From an uncultured Alphaproteobacteria bacterium (lineage in GTDB: Bacteria > Pseudomonadota > Alphaproteobacteria > Rhizobiales > Xanthobacteraceae): DNA of 64,000 bases. Location: NCBI GenBank assembly GCA_963717265.1, contig CAVQWD010000011.1, positions 5,105 to 69,104 on the forward strand, in the 5' to 3' direction. Shown piece after piece: positions 29,579 through 38,925 of the stretch. Position numbers and translations under genes: made by a program. The first letter of the stretch is position 1; each line of letters starts with the position of its first letter. The notes under the pieces are model-generated. The model was not told the origin of the DNA. It saw only the letters and a list, made by a program, of their open reading frames with translations, and ran no database searches.

Positions 29579-30611
29579 ATGCGAGCCCGGTTTACCTGCC
29601 GTCTCGGTGTCGCGATTGCGGTCGTCGGCATCGCGCTCTCGACGCTGGCCAGTGTGGCCGCCGCCGAGGACTTCTATCGGGGCAAGACACTCCAGATTAT
29701 CGTTCCGTCGGGCGTCGGCGGCGACAGCTACGATTTGCTGAGCCGGCTCGTCGCGCGCCATATCGGCAACCACCTGCCGGGCGACCCGGCCGTTATCGTG
29801 CAGAACATGCCGGGCGCCGGCGGCATCCTCGCCGCCAATCAGCTTTACAATATTGCGCCTCGCGACGGCACCGTGATCGGCATGCCCGACCAGTCGATCT
29901 ATGAGGACCAAATGTTCAAGGTGGCGGCGCTGAAGGCCGACGTTACCAAGATGAACTGGATCGGCCGCATCATCAGCAACAACGCCGCCCTGGTCGCCTG
30001 GCATACCGCCGCCGTGAAGAAAATCGATGACGCCTACATCAAGCCGCTGATTGTCTGCTCGACCGGCAGCGCTTCGCAGTCTGCGCTGGACCATGCTGAA
30101 GCGGCTGCTTGGGCTGAAGTTCGAGCTCGTGACCGGCTACAAGGGAACCGGCGAGGGACTGGTTGCGATGGAGCGCGGCGAAGTCGAAGCGCTCAGCATG
30201 CCATGGACGGTCTTTCGCGCGATCCGCGCCGATTGGCTGCACGACAAGAAGGTGAACGTATTGTTGCAGACCGGGCTCGATAAGGCGCCCGATCTGCCGC
30301 ACGTGCCGCGGCTCGTCGACCTCGCCCGCACCGACGAGCAGCGGCAGATTCTGAAACTGTTCTCGCAACCTGAAAAGGTCGGCCGGTCCCTGACGGCGCC
30401 TCCCGGGCTGCCACCGGAACGCGTGGCGCAATTGCGCTCGGCTTTCGCGGCGACGCTCAAGGATCCCGCCTTTCTTGCCGAAGCTGCGCGCATGCGCGTC
30501 GCGCTGTCGCCGTTGTCGGGAGAACAGCTTCAGGCCATAATCGAAAAGTCGTTCGATTATCCGCCGGCGATTGTCGCCAAGGCGGAAACCCTGGTACGAA
30601 ACGCGGAATAG
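29579..30611 (+). pseudogene. Bug/TctC-like periplasmic substrate-binding protein, +1 frameshift
   Basis: Signal + FYRGKTLQIIVPSGVGGDSYD...NMPGAGGILA...STGSASQSAL continues in the +1 frame as MLKRLLGLKFELVTGYKGTGEG...to the stop at 30611. The extra base is most simply the cc at 30089-30090. Confidence 0.75.
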
Positions 30612-30616
30612 CACCG

Positions 30617-31352
30617 ATGCAGGAAGCCACCTTCGAAGGCGAAACTATCCACCTGAACGTCTTGGGCCGGTCGATGGACGTGCACATCGCGGTGCCGGCT
30701 GGCCGCGGACCGCACCCGGGCGTGCTGTTGATGTTCCATCGCGGCGGACTCGACGCATGCACAGCCCATTACTTCAAGGAATTCCCTAAGGCCGGCTACC
30801 TGACGATCGTACCGAACTTCTATCATCACTGTCCGAAGGACGTGCCGCTGCACGATTGCAAGAAATTCCTCAAGGACAACGAGGTCGTCGCCGAAATCGC
30901 CGCTTCTGCTGAATATGCGCTGTCCCGCCCGGACCTCGATCGCGGCCGCTTCTTCATCGCCGGCCACTGCATGGGCGGCCGGCTGTTGTTTCTCGGCGCC
31001 GCTACGAAACCGGTTTTCACGGCCGCGATAGCGTATTACGGCGGCGGGATGATGAGCCGTTGGGGCGAGGGCATGCCGCCGCCGTTCGAGTTGATCAAGA
31101 ATATCCGCTGTCCGGTTTACGGCTTTTTCGGCGATCTCGACACCAATCCATCGCCTGCCGACGTTGACCGCTTCGAAGCCGAGGCTGAAGCACTACGGCA
31201 TTCCCCATGTCTTCCATCGCTACTCCAAAGCCGGCCATGGTTTTCAAAATCCCGCGCGCGACAAGGGGCGCAATGCCGACGAGATCGCAACCTCGGATGC
31301 GGCCTGGGCGGCCATGCTGGATTCTGATGCGCGCATCGGCTGCGGCACCTGA
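30617..31352 (+). pseudogene. Dienelactone hydrolase family protein, +1 frameshift
   Basis: HPGVLLMFHRGG..., nucleophile elbow IAGHCMGG. ...PADVDRFEAE continues in the +1 frame as LKHYGIPHVFHRYSKAGHGF. Extra g in gaGGctg (31183-31184). Confidence 0.75.
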
Positions 31353-31482
31353 CCGCCTGAGGGCGCGGGCGGGGTGAGTGCAGCGCCGCAAACCCCGGCC
31401 AATTCGCTTGCGAGCTTCCCCCGATTTGCCGGGAGAACCTCGGCGACCCATCGCGAGCCCCACGCGCGAACGAGTGGATGGC

Positions 31483-32556
31483 ATGACCCTCATTCTGTCT
31501 AACGACGATGCCGCCAAGCTGATCACGATGCCGGATTGCATCGCGGTGCTGGAAGAGGCCTATGTCGAGCTAGCCGACGGCCGCGGCGTCTCGCGCACAC
31601 GCTCAGATTGTCTCACGCCGACCGGGCGCGAGGATGCGCTCTACAGCCTCAAATCGATGGACGGCGTGGTACCGAAACTCGGCGTCGGCGCGGTGCGGAT
31701 CAATTCCGACATCGTCACCTGGCCCAAGCGCGGCAACAATGTGCGGCGCGAGAAAGTGCCGGCGGCGCCGGGAGACCGCTACGTCGGCCTCGTGCTCTTG
31801 TTCTCGACCGAGAATGGCGAGCCGCTCGCGATCTTTCCGGACGGCGTGATGCAGCGCATGCGGGTCGGCGCCGCCAACGGTCTAGGCGCCAAATATTTGG
31901 CGCGCAAAGACGCCAAGAGTGTCGGCATTCTCGGCTCCGGCTGGCAGGCGGGCTCGCAGCTCATGGCGGTCTGCGCCGTGCGCCCCATCGAGACGATCCG
32001 CTGTTTCAGCCCGAATGCGCAGAACCGCGAGGCGTTTGCGGCGCAGATGAGCGATGTACTCGGCGTGACGGTCACTCCGGTCGCAACGCCCGAGGACGCG
32101 ATCAAGGGCGCCGATATTGCCATGTGCGCCACCAACACGCTGGATCCGGTCTTTTTCGCACAGTGGGTCGAACCGGGAATGCATTTGAGCTCGATCAAGA
32201 AGCCTGAAATCGAAGCGACCGCGGTCAAGCGCGCCGATCGCGTGGTCATCCACACCAAGGACACCCGCCCGATCCATGTCATGACCAAGGACCTGCCGGT
32301 GCCCGAGAAGGCCGACGGACGCGGCTGGGACGCCGCCGAAGAGATCGAATTCGACAAGCTGCCGAGCCTGCCGGAACTCATCGCCGGCCACGCGCAGGGA
32401 CGCCGGTCTGACCGCGAGGTCACCTGCTTCATCAATAATCTCGGTCTCGGCTATCAATTCGCCGCCGCGGGCTCGCTGCTGTACCGCAAAGCCAAGGAGA
32501 GCGGCGCCGGCCACGATCTGCCGACCGACTGGTTCACCGAAGACGAGCATCCGTAA
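31483..32556 (+). CDS. Ornithine cyclodeaminase/mu-crystallin family protein
   Basis: MTLILSNDDAAKLITMPDCIAVLEEAY...VGILGSGWQAGSQL (Rossmann)...VTCFINNLGLG. Confidence 0.8.
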   Translation: MTLILSNDDAAKLITMPDCIAVLEEAYVELADGRGVSRTRSDCLTPTGREDALYSLKSMDGVVPKLGVGAVRINSDIVTWPKRGNNVRREKVPAAPGDRYVGLVLLFSTENGEPLAIFPDGVMQRMRVGAANGLGAKYLARKDAKSVGILGSGWQAGSQLMAVCAVRPIETIRCFSPNAQNREAFAAQMSDVLGVTVTPVATPEDAIKGADIAMCATNTLDPVFFAQWVEPGMHLSSIKKPEIEATAVKRADRVVIHTKDTRPIHVMTKDLPVPEKADGRGWDAAEEIEFDKLPSLPELIAGHAQGRRSDREVTCFINNLGLGYQFAAAGSLLYRKAKESGAGHDLPTDWFTEDEHP

Positions 32557-32585
32557 GGCTAGCGTAAGGCGTAACTGAACGAGTC

Positions 32586-34176
32586 CTACGCGTGCGGTTC
32601 GGTCGCGACCGCCGCTGCACCCGGCCAGCGTTCGTGGGTGAGCGGAACCACAAGGTGCACCGACAGCCCCTTGCGCGTGAACGAGCGCGTGACTTCGCCG
32701 TTCAATTGCCGCTCGATGACGAGCGCGATCAACCGCGAGCCGAAGCCGAGCCGCCTCGGCCGTCGCGCCGGCGGGCCGTTCTTCTCGACCCAATCGAGCA
32801 CGAGCGTAATGCCGCGCCGGGTCCGGCTCACCGACCAGTGCAGATCGAGCGTTCCCTTGGGACGCGACAGGCTGCCGTGCTTGACCGCATTGTCGGCAAG
32901 TTCGTGGAGCGCCGCGCTCAGGTTGAACACCGGATCGGGTTCGAGTTCCACATTGGGTCCGTTGAAAGAGATGCGGTCGAGATAGGGACCAAGCAGGACG
33001 TACAACAGCTCCATGATCGGAATCGATTTCCAGCCACCCTCGGTGATCAGCCGGTGCGCGTTGGCCGAGCGCCAGCACGCGGGCCCGGTACTTGCTGGTA
33101 AGATCGGCAACGTTCTTCGAAGTCCGCGCCGTCTGCGAGAACAGCGCCAGCAGTTGTGAAAACAGATTCCCGGAGCGATGCCGCATGTCGCGAATCATCA
33201 GTTCATGGCGCGCTTCGAGCTGGCGGCGGGCAATGGCACCAGCCAGTAGATTGGCAACGGCGACGATAAACGCGGTGTCCTGCGCGGCGAACTCTCGCCT
33301 CGTCTTGGTGCCGACGCCGAGGATGCCGTAGAAGCGGTCGTCGCGTCCGGCGATCGTCACGCTCACGCCGCTGACGCAGCCGTGCTCTTTCAGGTACGGG
33401 GTGGCGGCGAACCTCGCTTCGGCCGCGAAATCCGCCGTGACGATCGGCAGCGGGGAATCCAAAGTGTAGCGGGCGCGGCCGCCCGGCTCGGCCGCAGTTA
33501 CAACCGAGCCGACCAGGTCGGTGTTCCAGCCGAGACCGGCGCGCAGCAGCAGATCGCCGTCGCCGGGGAGAAGTTCGAGAATTTCGACAAATTCAACCGA
33601 TAGCATAAGCGCCACCGTGCTGGCGGCATCGTCGAGCAGCCGGTCGAGCTCTGGCTGCACGAGCGCGCGCTCCCCAAGCTGCGCTAGCGCCTCCTGCTGC
33701 CTGACCCGGCTGCGCAACTCCGACTCAAGTTTGACCCGTTCGGTAATGTCGTGGCAGAGGCCAAGTATGCGCTCCGGCACCCCATCCTTGAGCGCCACCG
33801 TTCCGCTTGCTTCGAGCCAGAACTCTTCCATCCCTTCGCGCTGCGGCAGCCGGTAGCGGACGCGATAGGCCTTCTGCGATTGCAGCGTTTCGTTGAGGGA
33901 CGCCTGGACGTCACGCCGGTCGTCCGGATGGATGTCCTCTACATAACCGGCATAGGTGCCGTCGAAGCTGCCGGCGGGCAGGTGATGAATGGCCTCGAGG
34001 TTGCTCGACCATGTCACCTTGTCGGTCGCGATATCCCAGCGCCAGATGCCGATCTGCGCCGCTTCGAGCACGGCGCGAACTGTTGCAAAATTTGGAAAGA
34101 ACTCGTTCGCCGTCGCTGCCGCCTTGTCGCGATCCGGCTCGGTCTCGGCGGGTTTGTTGCGCTCAAGCGCGCTCAT
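32586..34176 (-). pseudogene. PAS-GAF-HWE sensor histidine kinase, +1 frameshift
   Basis: PAS (IGIWRWDIATDKVTWS...HPDD), GAF, then HWE H-box (ELMIRDMRHRSGNLFS). ...KYRARVLAL continues in the +1 frame as ANAHRLITEGGWKS...ALHELADNAVKHG...GFGSRLI. Extra base at plus-strand cc 33065-33066. Confidence 0.8.
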
Positions 34177-34325
34177 TTATCGACACTCTCATCCTGTCTC
34201 GCCCCGGGACAGGATACTTGCTTCTTTATACCAAAACGACCGAAGCGCCCGCGCGTTGCGCTCCGGCCGTTCGAGCCGCACTTTGAATACACAGGGGTCG
34301 GCGTCCGGAACGCCGCCTCGGCTTG

Positions 34326-35051
34326 TCAGTAGATACCGACCAGCGACCCCTCGTTTCGTGTTGCGGCGCGCACCGGAACGTCCGCCTGATGCACGGGCTT
34401 CGCCGTTGTTCCCGCATCGGCCAGCGTATTGGTCCATTGCCGTCGCGGATCGGGCAGCACGATCACCTTGGTCCCGATGCCGACGCGATTGTACAGGTCC
34501 GTCACATCCTTGTTGAGGAGCCGGATGCATCCGCTCGACATGTGCTTGCCGATCGAATCCGGCTCGTTGGTGCCATGGATGCGATAGTCGGTATGGCCGA
34601 GGTAGAGGGCGCGCGCGCCCAGCGGGTTGCCCGGACCGCCGCCGATCCAGCGCGGCAAATAGGGCTGCCGGGCAATCATGGCGGCCGGGGGCGTCCAGTC
34701 CGGCCATTCGGCCTTCTGCGTGATCGTCTCGACGCCGGACCAGGCAAAGCCCGCACGTCCGACTCCGATCCCGTATCGTATCGCCTTGCCGCCGCCAAGC
34801 GTCAGATAAAGGAAGGTGTGAGCGGTATCGATGATGATGGTGCCGGGCGGCTGGTCGCCGGCGTAGGAGACGATCTGACGCTGCAGCGCCGGCGCCACTT
34901 CATCGGCCTCCGGAAGGGACTGATAAACCGGAGCGGCCGGATTGCCCGCCGCATCGGAGAACGACTGGGCAAAGGCGGGAGCGGCGGGAGCCGCGATCAG
35001 GCCGAGGAACAACGTTGCGCTGCACAGACGCCGTAAAATCGTTGCTGACAT
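34326..35051 (-). CDS. L,D-transpeptidase (YkuD domain)
   Basis: Signal peptide. Catalytic YRIHGTNEPDSIGKHMSSGCIRL motif. Confidence 0.85.
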   Translation of the reverse strand: MSATILRRLCSATLFLGLIAAPAAPAFAQSFSDAAGNPAAPVYQSLPEADEVAPALQRQIVSYAGDQPPGTIIIDTAHTFLYLTLGGGKAIRYGIGVGRAGFAWSGVETITQKAEWPDWTPPAAMIARQPYLPRWIGGGPGNPLGARALYLGHTDYRIHGTNEPDSIGKHMSSGCIRLLNKDVTDLYNRVGIGTKVIVLPDPRRQWTNTLADAGTTAKPVHQADVPVRAATRNEGSLVGIY

Positions 35052-35467
35052 GACACTCGCACCGTGCGGAGAATGCGGTCCACCAATAAATCAGGCGGCG
35101 AAAAGTTCCGTGCGCGCTGTCGACGGCAAATGCCGGACACCACCCGGCGCGCCTTGCGAGGCGACTTTTCGCGCCTGTGATTTGACGATTGGTCGGGCGG
35201 GGAAATGTTCAACGCGGCGCTCCGCCGTCAAGTATGGTGCCGCGTCGACGGAAGCCTGATGCGGCGATACGGCGGCGCATGCACACCATGCATCGCCCGT
35301 AAACCACAACCCGCGATGAAGTAGCGAACGGACTGAAAGCCGGATCGCAGCCGAGTGGCGTTCGTCTGGCCGTTTCGAAGCCGTCCGGAGCACGACGCTC
35401 GTGCGGTGCATCGGCTGCTCGAAGGCGGTCTGAGACGGCCGAGTTAAAGAGCGGCGACCGGTCGCCT

Positions 35468-35638
35468 TTACGGAAGCGGTTGACCGTAAATGCCGGTGCG
35501 CTGGCGCTGCTCGCGGGCCGCGCAAACGGAGTCTGCGCTCAAAAACGGGTTGATCGCGCCGAGGAAGTAACCGAGCGAGAGCAGCACGCAGGCGCCAGCG
35601 ATGCGGACAATGGTGCGAGCGGAGAACAAATTGGCCAT
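35468..35638 (-). CDS. Small single-pass membrane protein (56 aa), candidate EcfG regulon member
   Basis: Below the ORF-track size cut-off. ATG 35638 lies 7 nt after GGAGG. MANLFSARTIVRIAGACVLLSLGYFLGAINPFLSADSVCAAREQRQRTGIYGQPLP. A perfect GGAAC-N16-CGTT lies ~95 nt upstream. Confidence 0.45.
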   Translation of the reverse strand: MANLFSARTIVRIAGACVLLSLGYFLGAINPFLSADSVCAAREQRQRTGIYGQPLP

Positions 35639-35733
35639 CGGAGCACCTCCGAAGCGCAGCGATCGTCATCGGGGAGCCGATCGTCGCATGCGCGCGTAGG
35701 CGATGCCCCCGAGCTGAACCACACCGATCCGGC

Positions 35734-35758
35734 AACGTGCGATTCCAATCGCGGTTCC
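35734..35758 (-). promoter_or_regulatory. EcfG-type (general stress) promoter GGAAC-N16-CGTT
   Basis: Plus strand reads aacg(35734-37)-N16-gttcc(35754-58), i.e. the exact consensus on the minus strand, facing the small ORF. Confidence 0.55.
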
Positions 35759-35903
35759 TGCACCCCTGCAACCTCACTCTCTCGTGATGGCGTTCGGCCG
35801 CGCCGCGGACGAAGAAATTCGCGGGAACGAAGCTTGCCGCTGCGCTTTGTCGTGGCGGACCGGCCATCCTTCCCCCCTACCCCCGCGTTTGGCCGGCCGT
35901 AAC

Positions 35904-35947
35904 GGGCGCAGCCGATATGCCGATCGGCTGCGCCCTGGTTTTTGTTT
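35904..35947 (+). terminator. Strong plus-strand intrinsic terminator with no upstream plus-strand CDS
   Basis: Perfect 13-bp GC-rich stem gggcgcagccgat-atgccg-atcggctgcgccc, followed by tggtttttgtttg. Confidence 0.6.
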
Positions 35948-36099
35948 GTCCATCCGACATTCCGCGGCGCAGACGTTAGGCTGCGAGCCCGGGATCCCTA
36001 AGCGCGCACGGAGCAGTATTTGTACCGATCGTGGCTGCGAATCCAGTTCGCGGTCGGCACCGGAATGACGATGATTGAAAAATGGCGGCGCTGGTAAGC

Positions 36100-36918
36100 T
36101 TACGCCGTCGGTCGGTGCTCGCTCTGCGGCTGATTGCGCTGCCGAGCCTTGCGCCCGAAAAACAATGCCTGGCTCACGACAGCCGAGACGACGGCGAGCT
36201 GGAACGGCTTGGCGATGAGAAAGGCGGGCTCGGGCCGCTGCCCGGTCAGGAAGCGTTCCGGATAGGCGGTAATGAAAATCACCGGCACCTCGAGCGAGCC
36301 GAGCAGCTCGTTCACCGCGTCGAGCCCGGAACTGCCGTCGGCCAGCTGGATATCGGCGAGGATAAGCCCGGGCCGCTTCTGCCGCGCCAGCGCAACGGCT
36401 TCGCCGTGGGTGCGCGCGATGCCGATCACGGTATGGCCCAGGCTTTCGACCAGAGTCTCGATATCCATGGCGATGAATATCTCGTCCTCGATGATGAGGA
36501 CATCGGTCGCGATTTCGGCGGCGAGCTCCCGGCCGGATTCCTCGACCAGGCGGCGGAGGCTAGCCAGATCGCAGCCGAGCACTTCCGCCGCGTCCTCTTC
36601 GGAAAAACCCTCCAGCGCAACCAGGAGGAAGGCCTGTCGAGGACGCGGGGTGATCTGCGTCAGGTGCTGCTCCGGAGGTAGCAGCGTAACGCCCGCCTCC
36701 GGCAAGCTGTTGACCGGCACCGAATTCCAAATCTTGGTGAAAGCGCGGTAAAGCGCGACCCGGGAGCTCGACCCGCTCTCCAGAATTTGCGGGCTGGCGA
36801 TCAGCGACTCCAAGGCGGCCGCGACATAGGCGTCGCCGGACGCTTGGCTGCCGGACAGAGCCCGCGCGTAGCGGCGCAAATAGGGTAATTGCTTGCGTAC
36901 GGTTTGCGAGGTTGACAC
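36100..36918 (-). CDS. phyR: Anti-anti-sigma response regulator PhyR
   Basis: N-terminal sigma-like domain (LPYLRRYARALSG...) fused to a C-terminal receiver (VLIIEDEIFIAMDIE...ILADIQLADGSSG...FITAYPE). GTG start after GGAAGG. Confidence 0.9.
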   Translation of the reverse strand: MSTSQTVRKQLPYLRRYARALSGSQASGDAYVAAALESLIASPQILESGSSSRVALYRAFTKIWNSVPVNSLPEAGVTLLPPEQHLTQITPRPRQAFLLVALEGFSEEDAAEVLGCDLASLRRLVEESGRELAAEIATDVLIIEDEIFIAMDIETLVESLGHTVIGIARTHGEAVALARQKRPGLILADIQLADGSSGLDAVNELLGSLEVPVIFITAYPERFLTGQRPEPAFLIAKPFQLAVVSAVVSQALFFGRKARQRNQPQSEHRPTA

Positions 36919-36956
36919 AATACCTTCCCCTTCGATGGCCCAGGCTTACTCACGAA

Positions 36957-36981
36957 AACGTCGCCCGGTGAAGAAGGTTCC
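36957..36981 (-). promoter_or_regulatory. EcfG-type promoter of phyR (GGAAC-N16-CGTT)
   Basis: aacg(36957-60)-N16-gttcc(36977-81) on the plus strand equals the consensus on the minus strand, ~40 nt upstream of the phyR start. Confidence 0.65.
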
Positions 36982-37001
36982 CGAAAATCATGCCAAGTCT
37001 C

Positions 37002-37026
37002 GGAACAAGCGGGCGGCCGGCGCGTT
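37002..37026 (+). promoter_or_regulatory. EcfG-type promoter of nepR-ecfG (GGAAC-N16-CGTT)
   Basis: ggaac(37002-06)-N16-cgtt(37023-26). Its -35 box is back-to-back (20 bp) with the phyR -35 box. Confidence 0.7.
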
Positions 37027-37156
37027 TAAGAGCAAGCGGTTGCAACGATGACGCCGGCTGCCGCAGGGGCAAGGGGAAGTACAGAAATGAAGAGCCGCAA
37101 CACAAATCTTGAGGCTGTCGATCCGGATTCTGAACACGCAAGAGTTGCACTCTCCC

Positions 37157-37312
37157 ATGGGCAAGGGTACGCACAAAACAGAGGCACGCCTTGGTCGCGA
37201 GGCCCAGGCCCGGATCGGAGAGCTGTTGCGCGCCATGTACAATTCCTACGTCAATCAGGGCGTACCCCGGCATCTTGAAGATTTGCTCCGCCGGCTTGGC
37301 GAAGAAGATTGA
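37157..37312 (+). CDS. nepR: Anti-sigma factor NepR
   Basis: 51 aa, MGKGTHKTEARLGREAQARIGELLRAMYNSYVNQGVPRHLEDLLRRL. Position between phyR and ecfG. Confidence 0.8.
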   Translation: MGKGTHKTEARLGREAQARIGELLRAMYNSYVNQGVPRHLEDLLRRLGEED

Positions 37313-37333
37313 GTCAGGACGAGGCGCCAACGC

Positions 37334-37885
37334 ATGAAGCTCGACCCTGCGATACGCGATCAGGTGCTGGCCACGGTGCCAAGCCTGCGTGCTTTTGCCA
37401 TCTCGCTGTGCGGCAATATCGACCGCGCCGATGACCTGGTGCAGGAGACATTGCTGCGGGCGCTTACGCATATCGACTCGTTTGAGCCCGGCACCAACAT
37501 GCCGGCATGGCTGTTCACGATTCTGCGCAACCTGTTCCGCTCCGAATACCGCAAGCGGCGGCGCGAAGTGGAAGATGCCGACGGGCGGTACGCAGAAACG
37601 CTGAAATCCCATCCGGAGCAGACCGGCCGGGTCGAGTTCGAAGAATTTCGCGCCGCGCTTGCCAAGCTGCCGTCCGATCAGCGCGAAGCATTGATCCTGG
37701 TCGGCGCTTCGGGATTTTCCTACGACGATGCCGCGGCGATTTGCGACTGCGCCGTCGGCACCATCAAGAGCCGGGTCAATCGCGCGCGCACGCGGCTTGC
37801 CGACCTGCTCTCTATCGACAGCGTCGACGATTTTGGCCCCGACCGAACCACCCGCGCCGTCCTTGCCGGCGGTGGGCGCGGATGA
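37334..37885 (+). CDS. ecfG: ECF sigma factor EcfG (general stress response)
   Basis: Sigma-70 regions 2 and 4: DDLVQETLLRAL...MPAWLFTILRNLF...REALILVGASGFSYDDAAAICDCAVGTIKSRVNRAR. Confidence 0.9.
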   Translation: MKLDPAIRDQVLATVPSLRAFAISLCGNIDRADDLVQETLLRALTHIDSFEPGTNMPAWLFTILRNLFRSEYRKRRREVEDADGRYAETLKSHPEQTGRVEFEEFRAALAKLPSDQREALILVGASGFSYDDAAAICDCAVGTIKSRVNRARTRLADLLSIDSVDDFGPDRTTRAVLAGGGRG

Positions 37886-37997
37886 CTTGTCCTGGCCCGC
37901 GAGAGCGGACCGTTAGGCGCACAGCCCCGCTTCGTTTTGCCAGTCCAAATGACCGGAGCTTCCTGGAGCGTCCGCGCTGCGCGGACGATGGCGGGAC

Positions 37998-38780
37998 CTA
38001 CGGCAAGCCGCCGCGATAAGCGAGGCCGCCGTCGATGGTGACGATGGTGCCGCTTGTGTACGAGCTGAGATCGGAAGCGAGGAAGACGACAGTCGCGGCG
38101 ATTTCATCCGACGTTGCCGGACGACCGAGCGGCATGTTGGCGAAGCCCTCTCGCCACCGGCTCTCGTCGCCATGAAGCCTCGCCGCGCGTTTACGACCCA
38201 ATACCTCGATGCGTTCGGTCAGCACTGGACCGGGATTGACGCCGACGACGCGGACGCCGTGATCGATGCTGCTGCCGCCGATCGCGCGCGTGAAAGCCAT
38301 TAGTCCGGCATTACCCACGGCGCCGGCGATGTAGGTCGAATCGAGCCGCTCGCCGCCCACGCCGATGATATTGATGATGACGCCGCGGCGGCGCTTTTCC
38401 ATTTCTTTCAGATAGTGCCGCGTCAACCCGACATAGCCGAATACTTTAAGGTCCCATGCGGCGCGCCAAGCCGGCTCGTCGACATCGTGGATCGATCCGC
38501 CCGGAATGGCGCCCGCATTGTTCACTAGAATGTCGACGTCGGGGAACGTCTTGTATACGCGCTCGCGCGCGGCGGCGTCAGCGAGGTCGGCGGCAAGCGT
38601 TTGCGCCTTCACTCCAGTGCTCTTGCTGATGATTTCGGCTTCCCGTTTGAGCGTCTCGGCGGAGCGCGCCACCAGGCACACATGCACACCCTCGCGCGCG
38701 AACCATTGCGCCACTGCAAGACCGATTCCCTTTGAACTGCCGGTAATGAGCGCGGTGCGTCCGGAAAGCTTCAAATCCAT
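37998..38780 (-). CDS. SDR-family oxidoreductase
   Basis: TALITGSSKGIGLAVA, NNAG. The catalytic Tyr region is atypical (AGAVGNAGLMAF). C-terminal GTIVTIDGG. Confidence 0.85.
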   Translation of the reverse strand: MDLKLSGRTALITGSSKGIGLAVAQWFAREGVHVCLVARSAETLKREAEIISKSTGVKAQTLAADLADAAARERVYKTFPDVDILVNNAGAIPGGSIHDVDEPAWRAAWDLKVFGYVGLTRHYLKEMEKRRRGVIINIIGVGGERLDSTYIAGAVGNAGLMAFTRAIGGSSIDHGVRVVGVNPGPVLTERIEVLGRKRAARLHGDESRWREGFANMPLGRPATSDEIAATVVFLASDLSSYTSGTIVTIDGGLAYRGGLP

Positions 38781-38925
38781 GAATTCCCCCTCCTACCGCC
38801 GCGACGGCTGACGCGGCGCTTCACGCCCCGGCTGGCCCTCAGACAACGGCACTCTCCTCTTCCCTCACCGGCCCAAATCATTACAGTGCCCCGGCAATTT
38901 TCGCACCGGGAAAGGCTCTTGCATC

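Noticed and set aside
31882-32585. C-terminal ~330 aa of the 764-aa ORF 31882-34176
   Set aside because: After the frameshift at ~33065 the reading frame is nonsense and runs antisense through the ornithine cyclodeaminase-family gene. The true kinase C-terminus is in ORF 32586-33110.
35824-35848. GGAAC upstream of the orphan terminator as an EcfG promoter
   Set aside because: The -10 position reads GCTT/CTTT at N15-N16, not CGTT. It is mentioned in the sRNA finding as unresolved and is not called as a promoter.
35784-36068. 94-aa plus-strand ORF downstream of phyR
   Set aside because: It reads straight through a perfect intrinsic terminator hairpin. Pro/Arg-rich, with no RBS.
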